From contig JBFWNL010000001.1 of assembly GCA_050251055.1 (NCBI GenBank), forward strand, positions 267,825 through 331,824: a stretch of 64,000 bases of DNA, in the 5' to 3' direction. Positions 9,167 to 19,035 of this stretch are shown in pieces. The DNA comes from Bacteriovoracia bacterium. GTDB taxonomy: Bacteria; Bdellovibrionota; UBA1018; JBFWNL01. The notes beneath the pieces were generated by a model. The model did no database searches, had not been told where the DNA came from, and was given only the letters and a program-made list of their open reading frames with translations. A program made the translations under genes and the position numbers. Every line of letters starts with the position of its first letter. The stretch's first letter is position 1.

Positions 9167-9862
9167 ATGCATTTTGAGAAGCTTCAAGAAAGACTGGGTT
9201 ATCAGTTTGGTGATCGGGGTATCCTTTTACAGTCCCTGACCCACACCTCCTATGGCCATGAGTTTCTCTCCGATAAGCCGGTGGCTTTGCGCGATAACGA
9301 GCGCCTCGAATTCCTAGGCGATGCGATCCTCGATGTCGTCGTTTCCGACCTCCTACTCGAATCCTTTCCCAACGCGAACGAAGGTCGCCTTTCGAAAATG
9401 CGTGCCTCCGTCGTGAACGAAAAAACTCTTTCCGAAATCGCCAATTCCATCAAGCTGCAAGATTGTATTCGTCTCGGCAAAGGCGAGCTGCAAACCGGCG
9501 GAAATCAAAAGCCTTCGATTCTCTCGAGCGCCTTCGAAGCCTTGATCGCCGCAATCTACCTCGACGGCGGATTCAATGCGGTGTTTCCCGTGGTGCGCCG
9601 GCTATTCAGCGACTTCTTCGTCGAAGAACGGCACTTGATGGCGTTCTACGACCATAAAACGCAACTGCAGGAACTCTTGCAAGCGCGGTGGAAAGTCACG
9701 CCGACCTACCATCTGCGTGGATCAAGCGGGCCGGACCACGCTAAGACCTTTGAGGTGGAAGTTCGCCTGAAAAATGAAATGCTCGCGCACGCCACCGGTC
9801 CTTCCAAAAAAGAAGCCGAGCAAAACGCAGCGCGCGCGGCCATCCAAGCCGTGACGGTGTAA
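9167..9862 (+). CDS. rnc: ribonuclease III
   Basis: NERLEFLGDAIL, EALIAAIYLD, dsRBD KTQLQE...GPDHAKTF...SKKEAEQNAA. Confidence 0.97.
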   Translation: MHFEKLQERLGYQFGDRGILLQSLTHTSYGHEFLSDKPVALRDNERLEFLGDAILDVVVSDLLLESFPNANEGRLSKMRASVVNEKTLSEIANSIKLQDCIRLGKGELQTGGNQKPSILSSAFEALIAAIYLDGGFNAVFPVVRRLFSDFFVEERHLMAFYDHKTQLQELLQARWKVTPTYHLRGSSGPDHAKTFEVEVRLKNEMLAHATGPSKKEAEQNAARAAIQAVTV

Positions 9863-9864
9863 TC

Positions 9865-10767
9865 ATGAAGAGTGGATGGATCGCGATCGCCGGACGCCCC
9901 AACGCCGGGAAATCGAGCCTGCTGAACGCCATGTTGGGCAGCCCCTTGAGCGCCGTGACGCCCAAGGCGCAAACCACGCGTGACCAAATCTTCGGCATCT
10001 ATAACGACGAAAAGAAGGGCCAGATCGTGTTCGTCGATACCCCCGGCATTCACAACGCAAAGCCCGGTGGCATCAACGAGTTCATGGTTGGGCAAGCCCG
10101 CGAAGCGCTCACCGAACCAAACCTGGTTTGGTACCTGGTCGATCCGCGCTCTGCGCTAAAACCAGAAACTGCCGTTCTGGATTTATTGCCTAAAGAAGTG
10201 CCGATCTTCCTCATTTTCACGAAGTCGGACCTGGGATGGCCGGCGGTCCAGAGCAAGGCCCAGTTCGAAAGCTTGCTGGTTACCGCCGCCCATGAGCGCG
10301 GGCTACAATTCGCGCAGACGTTTTCGATCTCGTCCCTGATCGAAAAAGGCACGCGCGAGCTACTGTCCGCGAGCTGGCCTAAAATGCCCGAAGGACCGCT
10401 ATATTTCCCCCAAAACGACGACCTCTCGAACCGGCCCCTGCGGTTTTTCGTTTCGGAGCTCATTCGTAAGCAGATTTTTCTGAAGCTGGGCGAAGAAGTG
10501 CCGTACTCCTGCGGCGTGGAGATCGCAAGCTTCGACGAGAGCGCCACCCCCCCGCGCATCGAAGCCACCATCTTCGTGGAGCGGGATTCCCAAAAGGGTA
10601 TCGTCGTCGGCAAGGGGGGGGCCAAGATCAAGGAGATCGGCCAAGCCGCACGCGAGGAAATCGAAGCCCTAATTGGGGGCCACGCCTTCCTAGGCTTGCA
10701 CGTGAAGGTGCTGCGCGAATGGACGAAAGACCAGCAGGCCCTCAAACGATTGGGGTACGAGTCATGA
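9865..10767 (+). CDS. era: GTPase Era
   Basis: GRPNAGKSSL, KAQTTR, DTPG, TKSD, KH domain EEVPY...SQKGIVVGKGG. Confidence 0.96.
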   Translation: MKSGWIAIAGRPNAGKSSLLNAMLGSPLSAVTPKAQTTRDQIFGIYNDEKKGQIVFVDTPGIHNAKPGGINEFMVGQAREALTEPNLVWYLVDPRSALKPETAVLDLLPKEVPIFLIFTKSDLGWPAVQSKAQFESLLVTAAHERGLQFAQTFSISSLIEKGTRELLSASWPKMPEGPLYFPQNDDLSNRPLRFFVSELIRKQIFLKLGEEVPYSCGVEIASFDESATPPRIEATIFVERDSQKGIVVGKGGAKIKEIGQAAREEIEALIGGHAFLGLHVKVLREWTKDQQALKRLGYES

Positions 10768-12098
10768 TGCGCCTCGTGATCGCCGGACGCCCCAACGTTG
10801 GCAAGAGCACCCTGTTTAACCGCCTCATCGGCAAGCGTCGCGCGCTCGTGCACGACGAACCCGGCGTCACGCGCGATCGCATCGAGGAAAAGACCACGTG
10901 GCTGTGGGGCGGCCGGCAGCTCGATCTGCTTGTGACCGATACGGGCGGCATGCTCGGAGAGAAATTCGACGCTGAAATCTCGCGTCAGGTGCAGATGGCC
11001 GCCGACCACGCCAATCTCATCCTGTTCGTGGTGAACGGCCAGGAGGGCTTGGTCGACGTGGACCGGGACGTGGCGTTGCGCCTGCGCCGGCTGGGCAAGG
11101 ACAAGACGATCTGGCTTTTGGTGAACAAGGTCGATACCCACGGGCACGAAGACCGCGCCGCCGACTTCTACGAGCTGGGCTTCGATCGGCTGTTTACGGT
11201 CTCCGCTGAGCATGATCGCGGAATCGACGATCTGAAAGACGCCATCTTCGAGGACTTCGAGGAGTACTGTGAACCACTCGAAGGAGAGCCCGAAAAGGAT
11301 CGTACACCGCAAATCGCGATCGTCGGCCGCCCCAACGCGGGCAAGAGCACCTTCACGAACGCGCTTTTGAAAGAAGAACGCATGATCACGAGCCCCATGG
11401 CGGGAACGACGATCGATGCCGTCGACAGCTACACCGAGCTTAACGGCCATCCCTTCATCTTGATCGATACGGCGGGGATCCGCCGCAAGAGCAAGACCGA
11501 GAAGGGCGTAGAGGTGCTTTCCGTCGTGCAAGCGCGCAAGGCGCTGGAGCGTGCGGATCTGGCAATTCTAATGATCGACGGGGAAGAAGGCCCCAGTGAC
11601 CAGGACGAAAAAATCGGCAGTCTGATCGAGGAGGCCGGCTGCAGTATTATCGTCGCCGTCAACAAGTGGGACACGCAGAAATCCAACCCCGGCTTCACGA
11701 AGAAAATCGCCGTGGAGTGGATTCAAACGCGGATGACTTACCTGAATTACGCGCCCCTGATTTTTATTAGCGCGAAGAACGGCACCGGCTTCAAGGATCT
11801 AGGCGATCTCATGCATGACATTCTCGAGCAGCGCCGCGTGAAGATCGATACGCGCGAGTACACCGAATGGGTGCGCAAGGAGTCCGAGATTCACAATCCG
11901 CACGGAGCGAAGTTTTACATGTGCCATCAGTCCGGCAGCCACCCGCCGAGCTTTGTCGGCCACGTCAATGATCCCAAGAAGATCGACTTCAGCCTCAAGC
12001 GGCACCTCGTGAACGCCATGCGCAGCCGCTGGGGCTTCATGGGTAGCCCCGTCCGCTTGCATTTCGTGAAGTCACGCAACCGCAGCGAACAGGATTAA
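10764..12098 (+). CDS. der: ribosome biogenesis GTPase Der (EngA)
   Basis: Two G domains (GRPNVGKST/DTGG/NKVD and GRPNAGKST/DTAG/NKWD); ATGA overlap with era. Confidence 0.96.
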   Translation: MMRLVIAGRPNVGKSTLFNRLIGKRRALVHDEPGVTRDRIEEKTTWLWGGRQLDLLVTDTGGMLGEKFDAEISRQVQMAADHANLILFVVNGQEGLVDVDRDVALRLRRLGKDKTIWLLVNKVDTHGHEDRAADFYELGFDRLFTVSAEHDRGIDDLKDAIFEDFEEYCEPLEGEPEKDRTPQIAIVGRPNAGKSTFTNALLKEERMITSPMAGTTIDAVDSYTELNGHPFILIDTAGIRRKSKTEKGVEVLSVVQARKALERADLAILMIDGEEGPSDQDEKIGSLIEEAGCSIIVAVNKWDTQKSNPGFTKKIAVEWIQTRMTYLNYAPLIFISAKNGTGFKDLGDLMHDILEQRRVKIDTREYTEWVRKESEIHNPHGAKFYMCHQSGSHPPSFVGHVNDPKKIDFSLKRHLVNAMRSRWGFMGSPVRLHFVKSRNRSEQD

Positions 12099-12878
12099 TC
12101 ACCAGGTGAAAAGCAGGCTTCCGACGAGGGTGTAATAAGCGCCCGTCAGGTCTTCGATGCCTTGGGTCTGGTAGAGCGGGCTTCCGCGATCTTCGTAGGG
12201 CACGAAGTGCAGCTTAGCCTCGAGCTCGAAGTAGGACTTTTTCCGGGAGATGAGGAAGTCAAAACCAAACCCCGCGCTGAACCCGAAGGCGTTCATCTGC
12301 GAAACCGACTGGGTGGCTTGATCCACCTCGCCCTTGGAGTAGTTCCCCGCGCCAGCCACCACGTAAGGATTGGAAAAGGTGAGGGCGGAAGACAAATTGC
12401 GGGTATCAAAATAATACTTCAGATCGAGGCCGATGTGATTGACGTTCACGTCGGTGATGCTTCCGCCTCCGGAGGCGTCGAAAAAGTGGGAAACCGTGGA
12501 ATACTCCATCTGCATGGCGAAGTTGAAGTCGAACCAGTAGTGGATGCGGATACTCACCATCGGAAAGCCGCCCGCCCAAAGGATGCCCCGATTACCGGTG
12601 GCGCCCTCGAAGCCAACGCCCAGGCTCACGCCGAAAAATCTGCCGTGCTGGAAAAAATTAGCCGCTTCGGCCTCGTCTTCGTCTTCGTTCGTTTCGCCGT
12701 ATTGGGTGTAGGGGGTTTCGCTGTAATCTTCCACCTCTTGGGGATTGCCTTGCGGATTCGGCACGGGATCGAGATCGTCAGCGTACGCGGAGGAAACGGC
12801 CAGGACCAAAAGGCAGAGCGGCCATCCCCACGCACCCCGGGCGAAGATTGCCTTAGAAGTAGAAGTGGATGCCCGCAT
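12099..12878 (-). CDS. outer-membrane beta-barrel protein with acidic N-terminal extension
   Basis: Signal peptide, alternating aromatic beta-strands (LDLKYYF, FGFSAGFGFDF), C-terminal LLFTW. Confidence 0.75.
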   Translation of the reverse strand: MRASTSTSKAIFARGAWGWPLCLLVLAVSSAYADDLDPVPNPQGNPQEVEDYSETPYTQYGETNEDEDEAEAANFFQHGRFFGVSLGVGFEGATGNRGILWAGGFPMVSIRIHYWFDFNFAMQMEYSTVSHFFDASGGGSITDVNVNHIGLDLKYYFDTRNLSSALTFSNPYVVAGAGNYSKGEVDQATQSVSQMNAFGFSAGFGFDFLISRKKSYFELEAKLHFVPYEDRGSPLYQTQGIEDLTGAYYTLVGSLLFTW

Positions 12879-13344
12879 GGAGGAAGCTCACCCCGATGGT
12901 TTTCAGCTGGAAGGATCCGGTGGCATTGCTGAACGAGACGCCCGTCTCCACGGAGAAGCCCAAGCTTTCCACGCCGGGAATGAAAAACTCCGCGCCCATG
13001 CCGCCCAAGAATTCCGCGGACGCGCCGCTGCCCGCGGAAACGATGCCGCCGGCAAGCATGAAATAAAAGTTCAGATTCGTTTCGAAGAAAAGATTCTTGA
13101 AGAACTTGATCGCCGTGACCGAGTTCAAGGGGTTGGAGGTCTTTCCGCCGACGATCAGAGCCGCCGCGATGTCACGCGTGAGCCCGTACTTCAAGCTGAT
13201 CCCCGGTACGCCGCCATCCACCAGCGAATTTGAAAACTGCGAGTTGTAGCCGAGGCCCAAGCGCCCGTGCATGTCGCGCGCTTCGCTTCGCGTAGGAGCA
13301 AGCCCGAGGACCGCGCAGAAAAGAGCGGGAAGAAGGAACTTCAT
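12853..13344 (-). CDS. small outer-membrane beta-barrel protein
   Basis: Signal peptide MKFLLPALFCAVLGLAPTRSEA, amphipathic strands, C-terminal AGIHFYF BAM signal. Confidence 0.75.
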   Translation of the reverse strand: MKFLLPALFCAVLGLAPTRSEARDMHGRLGLGYNSQFSNSLVDGGVPGISLKYGLTRDIAAALIVGGKTSNPLNSVTAIKFFKNLFFETNLNFYFMLAGGIVSAGSGASAEFLGGMGAEFFIPGVESLGFSVETGVSFSNATGSFQLKTIGVSFLHAGIHFYF

Positions 13345-13430
13345 GGTACGTCGAACTTCTTGATGCAGGCCGTTAAATTTGGCCGAGTTCTTTTCCATGT
13401 CTTTAATCAGAGTAACCGGGGGCTTTCCTT

Positions 13431-13459
13431 TTGACAACCCCTGAAGAGTCCTCTAAACA
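13431..13459 (+). promoter_or_regulatory. putative sigma70 promoter (leaderless transcript of the YfgM-like gene)
   Basis: TTGACA-N17-TAAACA, 7 nt before ATG 13467. Confidence 0.5.
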
Positions 13460-13466
13460 AGTACTT

Positions 13467-14255
13467 ATGTCGATTACTCCCGCTTCAAGTACCACTTCAA
13501 CTAACAAGCGTAAGCTGCTCAAGCGCCCCGATGAGTTCGAGAGTTCGGTAGGGGGGTTCTTTAACTGGGTGGAAAAAAACGCCCGCCTGTTTATTGTTGG
13601 CATAGGCGTCGCCTTGGTCCTCTTAGTTGCCGTAACGGTCTTTATCCAGCTGCGGGAGAGCAAAGAAGAAGGGGCCCGGGTCGCCCTATTTACTGTCCGC
13701 CAGACTTTCGAGAATGAAGAAAAACCATTTCAACCGATGCCGGCACCTCCGGCCCCCGAAACGAAGGGCGCAAAGGCCAAACCGGCCGCGCCGACTCCGG
13801 GCAAGCCCCATGTGAACGCGGAGACCGATTATCCAGCCACCATCAAGGGTCTACAGGAAGTGGTGGGTAAGCACGGCGGCACTCAGGCCGCTTTCGAAGC
13901 CCAGATGATGCTCGCCCAGCTCTACGTCGAGGGGAAACAAAACGAGCTCGCGCTCAAAGCGTACGAAACCGCGAGCACGATGGCGAAGTCGGGATTCGAT
14001 CGCGCATCCGCCTATTCGTCCTGGGGATACGCCTTGGAGAACGCGGGCCAGCTCCCCACCGCTCTCGAGAAATTTCAAAAGGCGCTTGATCAGGGGGAGG
14101 CTCTCCTTAAGGGCGACTTGCTGATGTCGGTGGCGCGTATCCACGAAAGTCAAAAGGATGTCGAAAAAGCCAAGGCGGCATATCAACGGATTACCTCAGA
14201 ACTTCCGGAGACGAGCTATGCCCGCACGGCCACCCAAAAACAATCTCAGCTCTAA
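13467..14255 (+). CDS. YfgM-like membrane-anchored TPR protein
   Basis: LKRPDEF...WVEKN, single TM helix, then TPR-like helices; upstream of a BamB-like gene. Confidence 0.8.
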   Translation: MSITPASSTTSTNKRKLLKRPDEFESSVGGFFNWVEKNARLFIVGIGVALVLLVAVTVFIQLRESKEEGARVALFTVRQTFENEEKPFQPMPAPPAPETKGAKAKPAAPTPGKPHVNAETDYPATIKGLQEVVGKHGGTQAAFEAQMMLAQLYVEGKQNELALKAYETASTMAKSGFDRASAYSSWGYALENAGQLPTALEKFQKALDQGEALLKGDLLMSVARIHESQKDVEKAKAAYQRITSELPETSYARTATQKQSQL

Positions 14256-15429
14256 TTTGCTCTATCTCGCGCTCTTGCTCGGGGTCGCAGCGAGCGCTTG
14301 CGGGGGCAAGAACATCCATCGGGATCTCGATGCCGACACCGACGTGCTGGTCCGCCAATGGACGCGCCAAACCCGCAGCAAGTGGCTGGCCGGGGAGCGG
14401 CCAACCGAATATTCGAATCCCGCTCTCCACGAAAACACGCTGCTTTTTGGCAACCAAAGCCGCGGGCTGATGTCGATTTACCCGATCTCCAATCAAGTTC
14501 GCTGGGAAATCGCCATCCCGAACGGGGTGGTAAGCGAGCTACGGGTGGACGGCGAATCGGTCTACTTCGGCGGGGGCGACGGATTCCTCTATTCGGTCCA
14601 TGCAGATACGGGTCGCGTGAATTGGAAATACAACGTTCGCACTCCCTTGATTTCCCGACCAACCGTCAGCGGCGGACGGCTATTCGTTACGACCGCGGAC
14701 GACACGGTCTTCGCATTTGATGCCAGCACCGGCCAGTGGCTCTGGCACTACCGCCGGCGCTCTTCCCCGGCGGCAACCATCCATGGCGCCAGCACCCCTT
14801 TGATCGACGGTAACGAAGCCTTGGTCGGATTGAGCGACGGCTTCTTGGTTGGCTTGGCTGTGGCGGACGGCAAGCTCATCTGGGAGAAAAAGATACACGA
14901 GGGCCGGAAGTTTACCGACGTGGACGCCACGCCCGTGCTCGTGGACCGGACGATCTACATCGCGTCTTACGACGGCGCGCTGTATGCGCTGGACCGCTCG
15001 ACCCGTAACGTCCACTGGCGCGTGGACGCCGGCGGCAGCAAGCGGGTGGAAATCGAAGGCAACCGCATCTATCTGCCCTCGAGCGATGGAAACATTTACG
15101 CCATTGCCCGTGATAGCGGCAAACAGCTTTGGAAGTTCGAGCTAGACGGCGGGGCCCCCACTCAGGTCATCGTCACCGATAAACAAATTATCGTAGGATC
15201 CTCTTATCAGTATCTTTACGTCCTCGATAAGGCGAATGGGACCGGGCTTTACCGGTTTAACGCGGGCTACGGCAGCGGGTTCTCGGGCTCGCCGCTGTAC
15301 GAGGCTAAAAATCATCGCCTCTATTTGCTATCCGGAGGCGGCAATCTGATGGCGTTCACCGTGCGTCAGCCCCGAACAAAGACATACAAGCTGGGCGCCA
15401 GCGATCCGTATCGATTCTACGAGTTTTAG
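14218..15429 (+). CDS. BamB-like PQQ beta-propeller lipoprotein
   Basis: Lipobox ASAC; repeated (Y/F)AxD..TG...W blades. Confidence 0.85.
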   Translation: MPARPPKNNLSSNLLYLALLLGVAASACGGKNIHRDLDADTDVLVRQWTRQTRSKWLAGERPTEYSNPALHENTLLFGNQSRGLMSIYPISNQVRWEIAIPNGVVSELRVDGESVYFGGGDGFLYSVHADTGRVNWKYNVRTPLISRPTVSGGRLFVTTADDTVFAFDASTGQWLWHYRRRSSPAATIHGASTPLIDGNEALVGLSDGFLVGLAVADGKLIWEKKIHEGRKFTDVDATPVLVDRTIYIASYDGALYALDRSTRNVHWRVDAGGSKRVEIEGNRIYLPSSDGNIYAIARDSGKQLWKFELDGGAPTQVIVTDKQIIVGSSYQYLYVLDKANGTGLYRFNAGYGSGFSGSPLYEAKNHRLYLLSGGGNLMAFTVRQPRTKTYKLGASDPYRFYEF

Positions 15430-16125
15430 TTGAAACTTGTCCTCTTCGACATCGATGGCACGCTGCTTCTCATTCCGGGAGCGGGCCGCAAGGCGTTTTC
15501 ACGCGCTTTCCAAACGGTATACGGTGTCGACGATGACCTGGCGCAGATCCAGTTCGCCGGCGCCACGGACTTCGACGTACTCGACCGACTCATTGTTTCA
15601 CACGGGCTGACCGATACGGCTGTACAGCGCAAAAAATTTATGGAGCTTCTACCCACCGAACTCACCGCCGCCGCGCAGACCGTCATCCCTCAAGTGTACC
15701 CAGGGGTGCGGGAAATATTGAGCGAACTCCACGCCCAGCCAGAAACGTTTGCCCTGGGCCTCGTCACCGGGAATATTGAAAGCTGCGCACGCATCAAGCT
15801 CCTGCACGCGGGCCTATCGGAATTCTTCGTGCAAAATGACTTCGCAGGTGGCTTCGGTTGCGATCACGCACATCGTAGCGAAATCGCGGCCACGGCGCTG
15901 CGTCGCCTCTGTGTGCGCTACCCCCATGGGTTTAGCCAGGTCTACCTAGTAGGGGACACTCCTTCAGATATCGAGGCGGCCCATGCCATCGGGGCCCGGT
16001 CGGTGGCCGTGGCGACTGGCGGAAAGTATTCATTCGCGGATCTTCAGATGCGGGAGCCCCATTGTTGCGTCTCCACGCTGGAAGACACACGCCAGGTATT
16101 GAACTTCTTGGAGGCCACGCCTTGA
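15430..16125 (+). CDS. HAD-family hydrolase (phosphoglycolate phosphatase-like)
   Basis: LFDIDGTL, LVTGN, VGDTPSD motifs. Confidence 0.9.
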   Translation: MKLVLFDIDGTLLLIPGAGRKAFSRAFQTVYGVDDDLAQIQFAGATDFDVLDRLIVSHGLTDTAVQRKKFMELLPTELTAAAQTVIPQVYPGVREILSELHAQPETFALGLVTGNIESCARIKLLHAGLSEFFVQNDFAGGFGCDHAHRSEIAATALRRLCVRYPHGFSQVYLVGDTPSDIEAAHAIGARSVAVATGGKYSFADLQMREPHCCVSTLEDTRQVLNFLEATP

Positions 16126-17348
16126 AACACCGGTGTCGCTCTTACCTCCTGGCATTCCTGACGCTATCCCTGCCTATCGCGGGTGGGTCCACCTCGGGCC
16201 TAGCCGACGACTCCCACGCCAGTATCGCCGAACGCCTCCGGACCGCCCGTGCAGAACCGAACGAGGCGGCGCTTTTTCGATTCAGCGCAAACGGTGATCG
16301 TGAAGTGGTGGAGTACCTGCTGCAACGAGGGGTGTCCGTCCACGCCGAAGCCGAAGGCAAGAACAGCGCCCTCAATATTGCCGCCGAGCACGGTCATACC
16401 GAGGCCGCGCGGGTACTGCTCGATTTCGGCGCCAGCATCGACCATCAAAACGGATTCGGCCTCACGCCACTGATGTCGGCCGCACGGCTGGGCCACACGC
16501 AAACCGTGAAGCTGCTGCTTGAACGCCGGGCCCGTCTAGATGTAGCGGACCGAAAAGGCAACAACGCCCTCATCTACAGCTTGAACTCCGCCAGCACACG
16601 CGCCGAAGTGGCCTTACTGCTCGCGAAAAATGGCGACAAAGCCAGCGCCAATAGTGTCGACGGAAAGTTCCAGAATCGCAGCGCCCTCATCTGGTCGGCG
16701 GAGCTGGGCTACGCGGCGGTCGTTCAGGAGCTGCTCGTTAAGGGCGCGCAGATCGACTATCGGGCGGACGATGGGCTAAGCGCTTTGGAAGTAGCCGTGG
16801 AGAAAAATCGGCAGGATGTGGTCGCCTTGCTCTTGAAGAAAGGCGCTTCTCCCTTGCAAAAAGACCGACGCGGGCAGCCGTTGCTTTTACGCGTGGCGCG
16901 CCTGGGCAATCCCGCTTTGCTAACGCTGTTTCTGGACAGTAAGCCCAGCCTGATTCACACCACGGATAAAAACGGAAACACCCTGCTGATGCTCGCGGCC
17001 TTGGCGGGGGACGCCGACGGCTCGCAGTTTCTCCTAGGTAAAGGCGCGCGCGCGAAAGACCGGAATACGATGGGGGATACGGCTTTGTCACTGGCCGCGA
17101 TCCAGGGACATCCGGAAGTAGTGAAGGTCTTGCTGCAACGTGGAGCAGATGCGAACGCCGTCAATAAAGGCGGCCGGACCCCACTCATGTGGGCCTCCGC
17201 GAACGGCCACGTCGACGTTGTTTTCGCACTGCTCAAGGGCGGCGCCAAAACGGGAATCCGCGATAAATCGGGGGTCACGGCCCTGAACCTAGCGCGCGAG
17301 GGTGGCCATCAGGAAGCCGTAAAGCTCTTAGAACGCTCCCGCCAGTAA
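16122..17348 (+). CDS. exported ankyrin-repeat protein (~11 repeats)
   Basis: Repeated GxTxLxxAAxxGHxxxVxxLLxxGA units; N-terminal hydrophobic signal; TTGA overlap with the HAD gene. Confidence 0.9.
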   Translation: MKHRCRSYLLAFLTLSLPIAGGSTSGLADDSHASIAERLRTARAEPNEAALFRFSANGDREVVEYLLQRGVSVHAEAEGKNSALNIAAEHGHTEAARVLLDFGASIDHQNGFGLTPLMSAARLGHTQTVKLLLERRARLDVADRKGNNALIYSLNSASTRAEVALLLAKNGDKASANSVDGKFQNRSALIWSAELGYAAVVQELLVKGAQIDYRADDGLSALEVAVEKNRQDVVALLLKKGASPLQKDRRGQPLLLRVARLGNPALLTLFLDSKPSLIHTTDKNGNTLLMLAALAGDADGSQFLLGKGARAKDRNTMGDTALSLAAIQGHPEVVKVLLQRGADANAVNKGGRTPLMWASANGHVDVVFALLKGGAKTGIRDKSGVTALNLAREGGHQEAVKLLERSRQ

Positions 17349-17559
17349 CCCCCGCACTCAACTATTTGTTTTGACTGCTTTTTTAGCCTTCATTTTCGGG
17401 CGCTCGGCGCCGATAGGCTCTATGACAGTCGCAAGACAGCCCATGACCCCATTCGGATGGAAGGCGCATTGAGGTGGTGTTTGGCAAGATCTCCAAGCAC
17501 GAATACGCCGCCGGAAGAATGGGGTTTTTTCTTTCCAAGGCTCCCGATATAAATCCCAG

Positions 17560-18573
17560 ATGAATAACCAATCGATCACTTACGACGACGTCTTGCTCGT
17601 CCCTTCCTACAATCACCACGAGTCTCGTCGCGTCGTGGATATCTCGATGCTCGATAAGACGGGCAAACTCAAACTGGGATTGCCGCTCATGACGGCTAAC
17701 ATGGACACCATCACGGAAAGCGCGATGGCCAATTTCATTGGGGGAAAAGGCGGGATCGGCGTACTCCACCGCTTTATGACGATCGACAAGAACGTGGAAG
17801 AGTTCAAGAAGTGCAAGCACTCGACCTTCGTATCCGTGGGCTGCTCGGAGAAGGATCTTGAGCGCGCGGCGACTTTGCGCGATGCGGGCGCGAACTACTT
17901 TTGCCTGGATGTCGCCCATGCCCACGCGAAGTATGTTGGCAAAACCTTGAAGCAGCTGCGGGACCTGCTGCCCGAAGCCTGCATCATGGCAGGCAATGTC
18001 GCCACTTACGCGGGCGCCGACTACCTGGCCTCTTGTGGAGCGGACATTATCAAGGTTGGCATTGGCGGCGGATCGGTTTGCAGCACGCGAATCAAGACAG
18101 GTTTTGGCGTTCCCATGGTTACCTCACTTCTACAATGCGCCAAGGTGGACCGTTCCATCGTCGCCGACGGGGGCATTCGCACCTCCGGCGACATCGTGAA
18201 GGCCCTGGCCTTCGGCGCCGATTTCGTGATGGTCGGCGGCATCTTTGCCGGCACCCGTCCAACGCCAGGGGAAACCGTGACGGATCCAAAAACGGGTAAG
18301 CTTGCCAAACAATACCGCGGCATGGCGAGCCGGGAAGCCCAGGAAGACTTCATGGGCGGAATGCCCGAATGGAAAACGGCGGAAGGCGTAGCAACCCACG
18401 TGCCCTATCGTGAAGACGAAGAGGTGATCGTGGCGGATATTATCGGCGGACTCCGCTCGGGGCTGACTTATGGCGGCTCGAACACCATTCGCGAGCTTCA
18501 GCGCAAATTGGATTACGTCGTGGTCACCCCGGCGGGTCGAGTCGAAAGCCTGCCTCATAAACTGATGACTTGA
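17560..18573 (+). CDS. IMP dehydrogenase/GMP reductase family protein lacking CBS domains (GuaC-like)
   Basis: TYDDVLLVP, ANMDT, DVAHAH, AGNVAT, KVGIGGGSVCSTR, ADGGIR, YRGMAS. Confidence 0.88.
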   Translation: MNNQSITYDDVLLVPSYNHHESRRVVDISMLDKTGKLKLGLPLMTANMDTITESAMANFIGGKGGIGVLHRFMTIDKNVEEFKKCKHSTFVSVGCSEKDLERAATLRDAGANYFCLDVAHAHAKYVGKTLKQLRDLLPEACIMAGNVATYAGADYLASCGADIIKVGIGGGSVCSTRIKTGFGVPMVTSLLQCAKVDRSIVADGGIRTSGDIVKALAFGADFVMVGGIFAGTRPTPGETVTDPKTGKLAKQYRGMASREAQEDFMGGMPEWKTAEGVATHVPYREDEEVIVADIIGGLRSGLTYGGSNTIRELQRKLDYVVVTPAGRVESLPHKLMT

Positions 18574-18647
18574 CTTCAGCGGCGAAGCTACCGAAGATTC
18601 CCCCAATTAGTAAAACTTGCAGTATTTCTAAGGAAGAGGGAATGCGT

Positions 18648-19025
18648 ATGTCTCAGTTCATGCTAACGATCGCGCTTGCGCTCGGCTTGGGTCTCGGCTC
18701 GGTGAGTTCCGCCTATAGCGCGTGCCCCGTAGTGGATGCCAAGGCGAACGACTCCACGTTCGGCGTAGCCGGCGCTAAACAGGACGCCATCGACCAGGCC
18801 TCGAAAGTGGCGATCGAAGGCGCGCAAGAAATTTGCGGCACGATGATTGCCGAAAAGTGCAAAAGCGCATCGCGCGGCAAGTGCATGGTCGACGCGGACA
18901 ACACGGAATACATGGGTGAAGCTTACTCGGTCCGCTACTGCGACCTGGATAAGGTAGCCAAGGAGTGGACCTGCGTCGTGCGCGCCGACGTAAAGTGCTC
19001 CAACCAGTGCGTCGATAAAAAGTAA
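18648..19025 (+). CDS. secreted cysteine-rich hypothetical protein
   Basis: Signal peptide ending SSAYS/A, eight Cys in the mature part, AGGAAGAGGG RBS. Confidence 0.7.
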   Translation: MSQFMLTIALALGLGLGSVSSAYSACPVVDAKANDSTFGVAGAKQDAIDQASKVAIEGAQEICGTMIAEKCKSASRGKCMVDADNTEYMGEAYSVRYCDLDKVAKEWTCVVRADVKCSNQCVDKK

Positions 19026-19035
19026 GCGCTCGACG

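Noticed and set aside
10050-11531. Long antisense ORF (493 aa), and similar ones at 37648-38736 and 56364-57434
   Set aside because: Shadow ORFs opposite well-conserved genes, expected from high-GC codon bias; no motifs
17422-17559. In-frame upstream ATG with a single TGA before the GMP reductase-like gene (readthrough or selenocysteine) or a purine riboswitch
   Set aside because: The extension resembles no known domain, the family start fits ATG 17560, and no SECIS or purine riboswitch core is recognisable
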